Shown here one piece after another: positions 10,000-19,287 of a DNA stretch of 64,000 bases. Origin of the DNA: an uncultured Candidatus Saccharibacteria bacterium (lineage in GTDB: Bacteria > Patescibacteriota > Andersenbacteria > UBA10190); assembly GCA_964610055.1 (NCBI GenBank), contig CAZSUC010000001.1:505692-569691 (forward strand). Direction: 5' to 3'. Below the pieces are notes generated by a model that searched no databases, had not been told where the DNA came from, and worked only from the letters and a program-made list of their open reading frames with translations. Both the position numbers and the translations under genes were made by a program. Numbering within the stretch: the first letter of the stretch is position 1; the number at the start of each line of letters is the position of its first letter.

Positions 10000-11010
10000 T
10001 CACCGACTCAATAATACACTTCGTTTATATTGCTCAAGATTTTCTAACGCCGCTCCTGCCCCTTTGGCAACACACACTAAGGGGTCATCCGCGATATAAC
10101 ATGGTACAGCTGTCGCACGCGTAATTAATTGCTCTATATTCCTCATTAAAGCACCACCACCACTGACCACAATTCCTGAGTCAATTACATCAGCTGCTAA
10201 CTCAGGTGGCGTTTCCTGTAAGACGTGTTTAATTGCTTGCAAGACATCATCTAAAGGTTCACGCAGCGCTTCTGTTACTTCGTGCGCAGAAATTACTAAT
10301 TCTTTTGGTAAACCTGATGCTACATCTCGCCCTCGAATCGATAGCTCTGTTGGGTTTTCTTGAGGTACCGCTGATGCAATTGAAACTTTAATATATTCAG
10401 CCGTCTGCTCCCCAATCACGACTCCGTAGCGACGTTTCATGTGATCAATAATTGCTTGATCAAAGCGATTCCCCCCGACTCGGGCAGAATGAGCTGTAAC
10501 AATTCCACCTAACGAAATGACTGCCACTTCTGTTGTCCCGCCACCAATGTCAACTATCATGTGTCCCGAACTCTCTCCAATCGGGATCCCGGCACCAATA
10601 GCGGCCGCAATCGGCTCCTTAATCAGATAAGCTGCCTTTGCTCCAGCTGACAAAGTAGCGTCAACTACGGCTCGTCTTTCCGTACTCGTTATCCCTGCCG
10701 GAACAGTAACCAATACTTCTGGCCGTAAAAACTTCACCGCCGTTCCCGCTTTTTGAATTAAATATTTCAACATTGCTTGTGTTACTCGGTAATCGGCAAT
10801 TACGCCATCCTTCAAAGGACGATGAGCAACGATGGTCTCCGGTGTTCTCCCAATCATCTCTTTTGCTTCTTTGCCAACGGCTAAGACGGCATTTTCATCA
10901 GTCGAAATTGCAACGACTGATGGCTCATTTAAAACAATTCCTTGTTTTGGCACATAAACTAAAGTGCTAGTTGTCCCTAAGTCAATCGCTATTTTCCGAT
11001 TAATTGCCAT
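10000..11010 (-). CDS. mreB: Rod shape-determining actin homolog MreB
   Basis: N-terminus IAIDLGTTSTLVYV and an actin-fold ATPase motif (DIGGGTTEVAVISLGG). Confidence 0.9.
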   Translation of the reverse strand: MAINRKIAIDLGTTSTLVYVPKQGIVLNEPSVVAISTDENAVLAVGKEAKEMIGRTPETIVAHRPLKDGVIADYRVTQAMLKYLIQKAGTAVKFLRPEVLVTVPAGITSTERRAVVDATLSAGAKAAYLIKEPIAAAIGAGIPIGESSGHMIVDIGGGTTEVAVISLGGIVTAHSARVGGNRFDQAIIDHMKRRYGVVIGEQTAEYIKVSIASAVPQENPTELSIRGRDVASGLPKELVISAHEVTEALREPLDDVLQAIKHVLQETPPELAADVIDSGIVVSGGGALMRNIEQLITRATAVPCYIADDPLVCVAKGAGAALENLEQYKRSVLLSR

Positions 11011-11012
11011 AT

Positions 11013-12272
11013 TTAACGGCGTTCAATTTTAGCTCCTAGAGTTCGCAAGCGCTCATCAATACGCGCATAACCCCGATCAATTACTTCCGCTTCGTCAATC
11101 ACTGTTTCACCGTTAGCTATTAATCCAGCCATGAGTAAAGTCATCCCTGATCTAATATCTAAGCTATTTAATTTAGCTCCTTGTAAATCACTGGGTCCCT
11201 CTACAATGATTCGGTGCGGATCGCACACAGTTATATTCGCGCCCATTTTTAGTAATTCATTGACATATTTAAATCGGCCTTCGTACATAGGGTCATGAAT
11301 CAAGCTAGACCCTTGTGCTTGAGTTGCTAAGACGGCAAAAGGAGCCTGTAAATCAGTCGCCAAACCAGGATGAGGTAAGGTTTGCACACGACGCCCTCTT
11401 AGTGAAGACGGATAAACTCGAATTCCGGTTTGCTCAGGCTTAAGTTTGACTCCAAAATCCTCCAATTTTTTCAAGAATAATAGCAAGTCATCTTGCGGTA
11501 CTGGATCTACTAAAATTTCCGACCGCGTGGCTGCAGCTAAAAGTAAAAATGATCCCGCCTCAATCATGTCATCAATATTTCTAAACTTTGCCCCTTTTAA
11601 TTTGTCTGAACCAGTAATCGTAATCGTATGTGTCCCAGCACCAGTTACATTCGCTCCCATTTGATTTAATAAATCAGCTAAAGCTTTAACATGGGGTTCA
11701 GCAGCCGCAATCTCAATCTTAGTTACTCCTGGCAATTGTGCCGCTAATAACATGACATTTTCTGTTGCTGTTACGGAAAACTCTCGTAAAATTACGCGCC
11801 CCGGTTTAGCTTTTCTACTATCCAATCCAATCAATCCGTTCTCTCGATTTACTTTTACGCCTAATTGTCCAAAAGCATCTAAATGCACATCAATCGGCCG
11901 TGCGCCAATCATATCGCCACCTGGCTCTGGCAGAGTAATTTTGCCTAATCTTCCGACTAATGCACCCATCAGCAAAACTGATCCTCGCAACTTGCCCACT
12001 AATTCGGTCGGTAAATTTTCCCAATTAATTTCCTTCGCTCTAATCCTGCAAGTTCCATCCACATGTTCTGCCTCAGCACCCATTCCGCGCATTATTTCTA
12101 ACAAACTATCAACATCCCGTAAAACTGGTATACGCTCCAATACAACCTCTTCATTAGTTAATAGAGCCGCAGTCAACAAGGGCAAGGCAGCATTTTTTGC
12201 TCCTTGTACCTCTATTCTACCGGCTAATTTTTCTTGTCCCGATATAATAAACTGGGTCATGGCTTGTAGCAT
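11013..12272 (-). CDS. murA: UDP-N-acetylglucosamine 1-carboxyvinyltransferase
   Basis: EPSP-synthase-fold sequence (IISGQEKLAGRIEVQGAKNAALPLL...) of typical MurA length. Confidence 0.9.
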   Translation of the reverse strand: MLQAMTQFIISGQEKLAGRIEVQGAKNAALPLLTAALLTNEEVVLERIPVLRDVDSLLEIMRGMGAEAEHVDGTCRIRAKEINWENLPTELVGKLRGSVLLMGALVGRLGKITLPEPGGDMIGARPIDVHLDAFGQLGVKVNRENGLIGLDSRKAKPGRVILREFSVTATENVMLLAAQLPGVTKIEIAAAEPHVKALADLLNQMGANVTGAGTHTITITGSDKLKGAKFRNIDDMIEAGSFLLLAAATRSEILVDPVPQDDLLLFLKKLEDFGVKLKPEQTGIRVYPSSLRGRRVQTLPHPGLATDLQAPFAVLATQAQGSSLIHDPMYEGRFKYVNELLKMGANITVCDPHRIIVEGPSDLQGAKLNSLDIRSGMTLLMAGLIANGETVIDEAEVIDRGYARIDERLRTLGAKIERR

Positions 12273-12359
12273 ACCGTTTCCCTCCTGCTATTCGCAAGAT
12301 AAATATTCTGTTCTAGTTTTTAGCTTTACTATTTACGCAAAAAGAGTCATAGTCGGCCT

Positions 12360-13721
12360 ATGCAACAATCTTTTCGGCGCATAATCGCTTTAATTGCCTT
12401 AGCGCTTTTTTTCATCTCCGCGCCCTTGGTAATTTTTTATGCTCTTGGGTATCGAGCCGGTTTTCAAGAAAAATTAACTCCTCAGCCTGTTGGCGTTCTG
12501 TCTATAGAAACATTCCCGACTCGTGCCGATGTTCAAGTTAATGGTCAAATAATTGGGCGTTCTCCTGAAATTGTTTCTGGTCTCATGCCGGGTACAGTCG
12601 ACGTTACTGTCACAAAAACCGGTTATCAGACTTGGCATAAACGCCTCACAATTGAACCTGGTCGTGCTACTGAAGCCCGAGATATTATTCTTTTTCCCAC
12701 TAATTTAACTTCAACTGACCTTGCTACTAATGTTACCCTTTTCTCGCTTTCACCTAACCGCAATTTATTAGTTTATGCTAATCAAGCTCATCAAGTTAGC
12801 GTCATTGATCAATCTGGTCAAGAAATTATTTCTCCTCTTGATGTCCCTGGTCAAATTAAATCACTATTATGGTCACCCGATGATTTATATGTCCTAGTCG
12901 GACTAACTTCTGGCAAGCAGTATCTACTTACGATCGAGAGTACTCCTGCGCTTATTCAACAGGATTTGCCTGATAACTTAGATAAAATTACCTGGGACCC
13001 TCATGCCACTGGAAGAGCTTTTTGGCAATCAAATACAGGATCACTATATGCTTTTCAAGTTTCCAATCAAGTTAATGCTGAGCTACAAACAGATATTACA
13101 AGTTTTGCGACTAGTAATCGTTACTTATATATCGTTACCCCGGATAACCAGCTATCCGCCTTAACCCTTCAAGGCGAATCAACTTCTTTGCAGATCCCGT
13201 CTTTGCCTGGTCAAATCAAAGAATTACATGCCACTCCCGGAGGATATTTAACAATTAAATTAGATAACGGTTCTTTATGGATATGGACCGGCACCAAGAA
13301 TTGGCAAAAGATTGTTGATCAAGTCCAAACATTTTCCTGGTCGCCAGACGAGCAATTACTCTTAATTGCGCCTGATAGTTATTCTTTATACGTTTATAAT
13401 TTTGACGCCGAACGCACCGGTATTGCCATGCAAGAATTAAGTTTAATTACTCGTTTAACGCACACAATTTATAATCCTCAATGGTTTGCTGGTAGCCGAC
13501 ATTTAATTTATCAGATTGAAGACGAGATCTGGGTTACTGAAATAGACACTCGCGATTATCCGCAGTCATACCAAATTGACACCACTAACAATGGGTCTTC
13601 CCAAATTACTGTCGGAGAATCTGGAAAATACTTGTATTATCTCCGAGAAAGTGGCGCTAACAGCACCTTAACTAGTAGCAGCTTAACGCTAAACAGTTCC
13701 GAATCAGAATCCGCAAATTAA
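12360..13721 (+). CDS. Membrane-anchored PEGA-domain protein with beta-propeller-like C-terminal repeats
   Basis: N-terminal transmembrane helix, then a PEGA-like module (ETFPTRADVQVNGQIIGRSPE...VDVTVTKTGYQTW), then repeated WSPD/W-rich beta-strand repeats. Function unknown. Confidence 0.5.
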   Translation: MQQSFRRIIALIALALFFISAPLVIFYALGYRAGFQEKLTPQPVGVLSIETFPTRADVQVNGQIIGRSPEIVSGLMPGTVDVTVTKTGYQTWHKRLTIEPGRATEARDIILFPTNLTSTDLATNVTLFSLSPNRNLLVYANQAHQVSVIDQSGQEIISPLDVPGQIKSLLWSPDDLYVLVGLTSGKQYLLTIESTPALIQQDLPDNLDKITWDPHATGRAFWQSNTGSLYAFQVSNQVNAELQTDITSFATSNRYLYIVTPDNQLSALTLQGESTSLQIPSLPGQIKELHATPGGYLTIKLDNGSLWIWTGTKNWQKIVDQVQTFSWSPDEQLLLIAPDSYSLYVYNFDAERTGIAMQELSLITRLTHTIYNPQWFAGSRHLIYQIEDEIWVTEIDTRDYPQSYQIDTTNNGSSQITVGESGKYLYYLRESGANSTLTSSSLTLNSSESESAN

Positions 13722-14119
13722 CGCTTGGAGAATTGTGGTGCGCGACGTGCTCTTTTTAAGCCAAACTTTTTACGTTCTTTAGCGCGTGCATCTCGTGTTA
13801 ATGTTCCCGCGTCTTTTAACTGTTTTCGGAAACTTTCATCTCTCGCAACAATTGCTCTCGCAATCGCTAAACGTAATGCTCCTGCTTGTGATTGTTTTCC
13901 ACCGCCAGAAACCTTCGCCTTAAATCCCGATACTTTTTCTTGACCTACCACACCAAGCGGATTCAAAACAACGTTTTGCATGCTCACTGTTGGAAAATAA
14001 GTTGCAAAATCAATCCCATTAACCGTCCGCTCTTTTTCGGTTCCCATTAAAATAACCTGCGCAATTGCTTCTTTGCGTCGCCCTAATCCATAAGCTCCGG
14101 TTGTACTTTTTTGTGCCAT
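13718..14119 (-). CDS. rpsI: 30S ribosomal protein S9
   Basis: Conserved C-terminus (RDARAKERKKFGLKRARRAPQFSKR) and GGGKQSQAGALRLAIARA. Confidence 0.9.
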   Translation of the reverse strand: MAQKSTTGAYGLGRRKEAIAQVILMGTEKERTVNGIDFATYFPTVSMQNVVLNPLGVVGQEKVSGFKAKVSGGGKQSQAGALRLAIARAIVARDESFRKQLKDAGTLTRDARAKERKKFGLKRARRAPQFSKR

Positions 14120-14127
14120 ATATGTAA

Positions 14128-14559
14128 TTAATCTTTCGACTTAGGGTTTGAAATTTGAGCCATATGAGGATGCTCCGCTCCGGTATACAGCTTTAAATGT
14201 TCTCGCATTTGATCTCGTAGCTTATTCTTTGGCAACATTCCGCTAACAGCATGCCAAATAATTTGCCGTGAATCCAATGCTCGTTGCGTTTTAACGTTTC
14301 TTTGCTTTAAGCCGCCAGTATAACCAGTAAAATGATAATACATCTTATCTTCTTCTTTATTTCCGGTTAAAACAACCTTATCCGTATTAACAATAACCAC
14401 ATAAACACTGGCCAGACGATTTGGTGCCCAATCTGGATGATGCTTACCTTGCAATAAAGTCGCGACTTTAGTTGCTAATCGTCCCAACACGGCTCCTTTA
14501 GCATCAATCAAGTGCCATTCACCTGGGATTACCGGACTAGTTGTGTCTTTTTTTGCCAT
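14128..14559 (-). CDS. rplM: 50S ribosomal protein L13
   Basis: L13 signature (WHLIDAKGAVLGRLATKVATLLQGKH). Confidence 0.9.
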   Translation of the reverse strand: MAKKDTTSPVIPGEWHLIDAKGAVLGRLATKVATLLQGKHHPDWAPNRLASVYVVIVNTDKVVLTGNKEEDKMYYHFTGYTGGLKQRNVKTQRALDSRQIIWHAVSGMLPKNKLRDQMREHLKLYTGAEHPHMAQISNPKSKD

Positions 14560-14562
14560 AGA

Positions 14563-14925
14563 TTATTTACTTTCATCAACCAACTCTAAACGCACCATTG
14601 GAGCATCGTCAATTCGACTCGTTGGTAACTTAATTACTCGAGTATACCCACCCGCTCGTTCTTTAGCTGCTTCAGCGACTTTCAGCAAAAACTCTAAATC
14701 CCTCTTATGACTCAATTGTCTCAATAAGTGTCGGCGACGCGCCAAAGTTAAATCACCCTTCGCTTCTGTGATTAATGGTTCGCAATAACGTTGCACAGCT
14801 TTTGCCTTAGCACTCGTGGTGGTAATACCGCCATGCTCAAACAAACTGCTCGCTAAACCTTTTAACAAGGCATTACGCTTGTCAGCTGTGCGTCCCAAGA
14901 TAATTTTTTTATTCTTATGCTTCAT
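14563..14925 (-). CDS. rplQ: 50S ribosomal protein L17
   Basis: L17 signature (KAKAVQRYCEPLITEAK...GGYTRVIKL). Confidence 0.9.
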   Translation of the reverse strand: MKHKNKKIILGRTADKRNALLKGLASSLFEHGGITTTSAKAKAVQRYCEPLITEAKGDLTLARRRHLLRQLSHKRDLEFLLKVAEAAKERAGGYTRVIKLPTSRIDDAPMVRLELVDESK

Positions 14926-15883
14926 TTTCGTTTAATTTAGCTGCCTTTGCTTGTCGAAACTTTTCTCTGGTTTCCAAAATATCCGCCACGGCTTTTTGAC
15001 CTAAACCAGGAATATCTTGAATTTGTTCTTCGCTTAACTCCAGAACCTGTTCAACAGTTGTTACACCCACTCTTTCTAAAGCGTTATGTACGCGAGACGG
15101 TAACTGTAGCAAACTCAATGTATTTTCTGGTTCTGTTTCTTCTAATTCAGTCTCTTCTTCGAATTGTTCAGTTGGACGCTCGGCTGTTAACTTTAGTTCA
15201 AAGTCACTAGCTAATTCTGAAAAATGATCTCGCAAAATAGCAGCCGCTTGTTTCAAAGCATCAATTGGAGCAACTGTACCGTCAGTTCCAATTGTCAGGA
15301 TTAACTTATGATAATTAGTGGCTTGGCCTACCCGCACGTTTTGAACTCGAAAACTAACGCGTTGTACGGGTGTGAAGATAGCGTCCATTGCGATCATTCC
15401 GATTTCGCGATTTTCTCGATCACGAGTTTCTGATGGGACATATCCTCGTCCGTTTTCCACCTTACACCGAATAGTTAGATCCGCATTATCTTCCGTAAGA
15501 TTTGCAATCACGAACTCAGGATTGGCAACTGTGATTTCAGGCGGTAATTCAAAATCTCCAGCTGTAACTTGCTTCTTACCTTTAACGTTCAAGGTAATTT
15601 CTTGAGGTTCATCGCTTGCATTCGCTAAGCGAACACGCTTCAGGTTTAAAACCAAACGCACGATATCCTCTTTCAAGCCATCTAGAGTTGTGAACTCATG
15701 ATCTGCCCCATCAATTTTAACTTGAGTAATTGCTGTGCCTGGCAAAGAAGACAGCAATACGCGCCGAAGCGCATTACCCACCGTCGGTCCGTACCCGGGG
15801 TGGTATGGGTGGATCGAGAAGGTTGTTGTATTATCCTTCTCTTCTTCAATCTCCACCTTTTCCGGTAAGTAAATTGGTTCCAT
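14915..15883 (-). CDS. rpoA: DNA-directed RNA polymerase alpha subunit
   Basis: N-terminal domain signature (GYGPTVGNALRRVLLSSLPG) and C-terminal domain helix-hairpin-helix (LLQLPSRVHNALERVGVTTVEQ). Confidence 0.9.
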   Translation of the reverse strand: MEPIYLPEKVEIEEEKDNTTTFSIHPYHPGYGPTVGNALRRVLLSSLPGTAITQVKIDGADHEFTTLDGLKEDIVRLVLNLKRVRLANASDEPQEITLNVKGKKQVTAGDFELPPEITVANPEFVIANLTEDNADLTIRCKVENGRGYVPSETRDRENREIGMIAMDAIFTPVQRVSFRVQNVRVGQATNYHKLILTIGTDGTVAPIDALKQAAAILRDHFSELASDFELKLTAERPTEQFEEETELEETEPENTLSLLQLPSRVHNALERVGVTTVEQVLELSEEQIQDIPGLGQKAVADILETREKFRQAKAAKLNENEA

Positions 15884-15906
15884 TATATTTAAAATAATTA
15901 TGAAAA

Positions 15907-16467
15907 CTATCTAGCGAATAATTCCACCACTGCGCGGATATCCACCCCTACCGCCGCTTCCTCCACTGACGGCGTATCCACTACCTTAAAGGCATACCCT
16001 TTTGGATCTAATTGGATCCAGCTAGGTAACGCAGCATTTTGCAACTTTTTCTCAAAGTTAGCAAAAACTTCTTTTGAACGCTTACTATCTTTTACCGCTA
16101 CCACGTCATCTTTTTTCAAGCGAATTGAGGGAATATTTATCACTCGTCCATTTACCGTTACTAATTTGTGACTAGCCATTTGTCGAGCTGATTTTCTAGT
16201 CGGTGCCCAGCCAGCCCGATACAAAGCATTATCAAGACGACGTTCCAATAACTCCACCAAAACTTGACCAGTCTGTGCTGTAGCCTTCTGTGCTTCTTTG
16301 TAATAACGCCGTAACTGTTCTTCACGAATACCGTATATTTCTTTCAACTGCTGTTTCTCTGACAACTGGGTGCCATAGCGACTACGATTGCGGCGACGAC
16401 CACGTTGCTGCTGTTGGATATTCGGTCTATTTGCCGGAACCGGCGTTTGATTATTAGTGTCATTCAT
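15907..16467 (-). CDS. rpsD: 30S ribosomal protein S4
   Basis: S4 domain (LERRLDNALYRAGWAPTRKSARQMASHKLVTVNGRVINIPS). Confidence 0.9.
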   Translation of the reverse strand: MNDTNNQTPVPANRPNIQQQQRGRRRNRSRYGTQLSEKQQLKEIYGIREEQLRRYYKEAQKATAQTGQVLVELLERRLDNALYRAGWAPTRKSARQMASHKLVTVNGRVINIPSIRLKKDDVVAVKDSKRSKEVFANFEKKLQNAALPSWIQLDPKGYAFKVVDTPSVEEAAVGVDIRAVVELFAR

Positions 16468-16490
16468 ACTAGTAATACCTGAATTACAAA

Positions 16491-16892
16491 CTAAACTCGA
16501 CGACGCTTAGGTGGCCGTACTCCATTATGAGGAATGGGAGTTAAGTCGCGAATAGACGTAATCACTAATCCTGCCGCAGCCAAAGCTCTAACTGCCGATT
16601 CACGCGCACTGCCAATTCCACGCACAAAAACTTTTACTTCTTCCATGTTTAATGGCTTCATTCGCTCAATCGTGTCAGCTACAACTTTCTGAGCGGCAAA
16701 CGGAGTTGCTTTGCGTGCTCCTGCAAAACCAATCCGCCCGGCGCTGCTCCAAGCCACCACATTACCTGACAAATCAGTTACGCTAACTAACGTATTATTA
16801 TATGTCGCTTGAATATATACGCATCCTTCTTTAACTTTGCGTATTTTTTTCTTTTTTGGCTTAAGTTTAGCCTTAGTCTTAGGTGCTACCAT
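16491..16892 (-). CDS. rpsK: 30S ribosomal protein S11
   Basis: S11 signature (YIQATYNNTLVSVTDLSGN...RKATPFAAQ). Confidence 0.9.
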   Translation of the reverse strand: MVAPKTKAKLKPKKKKIRKVKEGCVYIQATYNNTLVSVTDLSGNVVAWSSAGRIGFAGARKATPFAAQKVVADTIERMKPLNMEEVKVFVRGIGSARESAVRALAAAGLVITSIRDLTPIPHNGVRPPKRRRV

Positions 16893-16905
16893 ATCTCAAA
16901 ATAAA

Positions 16906-17298
16906 TTATGTCTTTTCGTTAGATGACTTGCGACCACTGCCCGCTGTGCGACGAACATTTCCTCTGACTGTTCGAGAATTAGTCTTTGTCCGTTGACCTC
17001 TTACTGGCAAATTACGTGTATGTCGCACCCCTCGATAACAACCAATATCTTTTAACCGCTTAACATTCATCAATATTTCTCGACGCAATTCACCTTCTAC
17101 TCGAACATTTTTTTCAATATAATCACGTAATTTTTGTTCTTCTGTTGAGGTTAAGTCCCGTGTTTTAGTCGAACTATCAATTGCTAAATCTTCTAATATT
17201 TTTACGCTTAAACTATTCCCAATTCCGTAAATTGAAGTCAAAGCAATCTTAATATGCTTATTATCTGGTAAATTAATTCCACTAATACGTACTGCCAT
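16906..17298 (-). CDS. rpsM: 30S ribosomal protein S13
   Basis: S13 signature ([25 protein letters not shown]...GCYRGVRH). Confidence 0.9.
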   Translation of the reverse strand: MAVRISGINLPDNKHIKIALTSIYGIGNSLSVKILEDLAIDSSTKTRDLTSTEEQKLRDYIEKNVRVEGELRREILMNVKRLKDIGCYRGVRHTRNLPVRGQRTKTNSRTVRGNVRRTAGSGRKSSNEKT

Positions 17299-17300
17299 AG

Positions 17301-17414
17301 TTATCCTTGTCGTTGCTTATGTTTAGGATTTTCACAAATAACACGCACTCTCCGCTTGCGACGGATTACTTTACATTTTGCACACATTTTTTTAACTGAT
17401 GCTCTTACTTTCAT
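17301..17414 (-). CDS. rpmJ: 50S ribosomal protein L36 (37 aa; below the ORF-track size cutoff)
   Basis: Own reverse-strand translation of 17301-17414 gives [37 protein letters not shown], the L36 zinc-ribbon consensus. It sits in the canonical position between infA and rpsM. Confidence 0.8.
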   Translation of the reverse strand: MKVRASVKKMCAKCKVIRRKRRVRVICENPKHKQRQG

Positions 17415-17427
17415 ACTAAACGTCTAG

Positions 17428-17649
17428 TTATGATTCCATTCGCACTGTAATTCTTCCCTTAGACAAATCATAAGGCGACATCGCCACCTTTACTCTGTCC
17501 CCTGGGAGAACGCGTATGCGATGCATTCTCATTTTACCGCTTAAGTGGGCTACAATTTCCTGTCCGGCGTCTAATTGGACCTTGAATTGAGCATTAGGCA
17601 AATTTTCTAAAACTTCGCCTTCCACCTCTACCGTGTTCTGGTTAGACAA
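17428..17649 (-). CDS. infA: Translation initiation factor IF-1
   Basis: 73 aa S1-like OB fold ([47 protein letters not shown]). Confidence 0.9.
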   Translation of the reverse strand: MSNQNTVEVEGEVLENLPNAQFKVQLDAGQEIVAHLSGKMRMHRIRVLPGDRVKVAMSPYDLSKGRITVRMES

Positions 17650-17768
17650 AAGGATTATCCTTAAAACTAAAAAAATACAGCCGCACGCTCGGCCGACTCA
17701 ATTCGAAAGGCACATGCCCTCTAGTCTGCCGCACCTGCATTCCCCAGTGCAACAACGTGCGTACTAAA

Positions 17769-17797
17769 AACTTACAAGAACTGTACGAACCTGTCAA
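17769..17797 (-). promoter_or_regulatory. Candidate sigma-70-type promoter for the infA/ribosomal protein/rpoA operon
   Basis: On the minus strand: TTGACA (complement of 17792-17797), a 17-nt spacer, then TAAGTT (complement of 17769-17774), about 120 nt upstream of the infA start. The -10 element is weak and the leader contains a small GC hairpin followed by a T-run. Confidence 0.3.
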
Positions 17798-17807
17798 ATA
17801 TGATTCT

Positions 17808-19262
17808 TTAAGGCTGTCTTTCTGGGGTTAAATCTAATGTGATGCGCCCAGTAATTCTCGGCACAGAACTAACCCAAAACGGCCATAAATCAATCTTAGC
17901 TTGTTGCACTCCCGGCAGCCCTTCCAAGTACTGATTTGCCCCAGATTCGCTTTGTCCAGCCAATTTTTCAGTTAAAGTATCAATAGCAATTTTAGGAATA
18001 GTCGTATGAGTAACCCGAGCTTTTATTATTGCTGTGCTGTCCTCCCAATTAATATCATCAGCTGTTTTAGAAAAAGAAATTGGACCGGGGAATAGCATAT
18101 AATCATCCTCTAAATGACTCTCTAGAGCTTGAGCCAAGGCATCCTCCAGGGCTTGTTGCTCGTAACCAAACACTCTCATGGTAATGCGCCCGCTGTATGT
18201 TAACTCGGGTATTCGGGTACCAACCTCAGGAGTCGTTGTAAAATTATCAATTTCTGCATTCCAACTCTCGTCTAGCAAAGTCCAGCCTTCAGGCAACTCG
18301 CTTCTAATATCAACCTCAACTTCGCTCTTAGCTGCTTCTGCCGCCGCCTGACGAGCAGATTCTATATCCGCTTCCGATACGACTTGCACTTCTTCGCCCG
18401 ACCCACCAGTAAAGGTAGTTGTTGTTTCTGCGTACACTAAAGCCTGAGCAGCGTCACTTAATGCTGCAAAATTTAATCTCTGCGGCTCAATGTTACCCTC
18501 TGGCCCTGCTACAGCCGCTTCTACTGTAGCAGTGGCTTGTGTGACTCCGCTCGCACTAGCAGCTGGCACAGTTACATTTTTGTCTAGATAAAACAATTGC
18601 CCATCAGTAGTAACTAAACGGCTGTGCTCAATAATTTTTTGTTCGTCAAAAGACCGATTGATAATTTTCACTGTTCCTCGGGCTTTCTCGCCAATAGTTT
18701 CTTTACCCTGTACTTGTACTGTCCCCTGAACCTCTATTTCTCGAAAAAAAGAAGTTCCCGTAATCGTATTTTCCCCGCCTCCTTCCGCCGCAATTTTTAT
18801 TTCTTCCTCTAGTAATAAAGGCGCAGTTTTTAGCGTTAACTCAATCTTAGCTTTTGGTAAAAAAATCGCTCCTGCTAATAACGCCGCTACCAAACCAATC
18901 GCTAAAATACTTAAAACAACTGCTCGCTCACGTACTCCTAAATGCGCAGCGCGGACAGGTGACTGCTCCTTTGATTGTTTAGATTCTTTTACTGGAATTC
19001 TGGGGGGCAATTTTTGAATTGCCTCACCTAACTCAGGCGTTGGTTCTGGTTGTAACTGAGCTTCTGGTTGTAATGAACCCTTACGCATTCTGCGTCCAAT
19101 TGACTGACTTGGATACGCTTTACGACTAATATCAAAGCTACTCACTCCTCGCTTCGCTGGACGACGAGTATTTGGTTGGTTGATCTCATTCCACTCAGGA
19201 TGATTTGTTTCCGGAATATGCGACTTAGGAGTAATCGAGTGATTAGGCTTAATGTCTCTCAT
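17808..19262 (-). CDS. Hypothetical single-pass membrane protein with proline/charged-rich N-terminal region and large extracytoplasmic domain
   Basis: A roughly 110-aa low-complexity N-terminus, one hydrophobic helix (AVVLSILAIGLVAALLAGAIFL), then about 340 aa with no motif I recognise. Confidence 0.4.
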   Translation of the reverse strand: MRDIKPNHSITPKSHIPETNHPEWNEINQPNTRRPAKRGVSSFDISRKAYPSQSIGRRMRKGSLQPEAQLQPEPTPELGEAIQKLPPRIPVKESKQSKEQSPVRAAHLGVRERAVVLSILAIGLVAALLAGAIFLPKAKIELTLKTAPLLLEEEIKIAAEGGGENTITGTSFFREIEVQGTVQVQGKETIGEKARGTVKIINRSFDEQKIIEHSRLVTTDGQLFYLDKNVTVPAASASGVTQATATVEAAVAGPEGNIEPQRLNFAALSDAAQALVYAETTTTFTGGSGEEVQVVSEADIESARQAAAEAAKSEVEVDIRSELPEGWTLLDESWNAEIDNFTTTPEVGTRIPELTYSGRITMRVFGYEQQALEDALAQALESHLEDDYMLFPGPISFSKTADDINWEDSTAIIKARVTHTTIPKIAIDTLTEKLAGQSESGANQYLEGLPGVQQAKIDLWPFWVSSVPRITGRITLDLTPERQP

Positions 19263-19287
19263 GATGCCATTATACGCTGTTAAAAGG

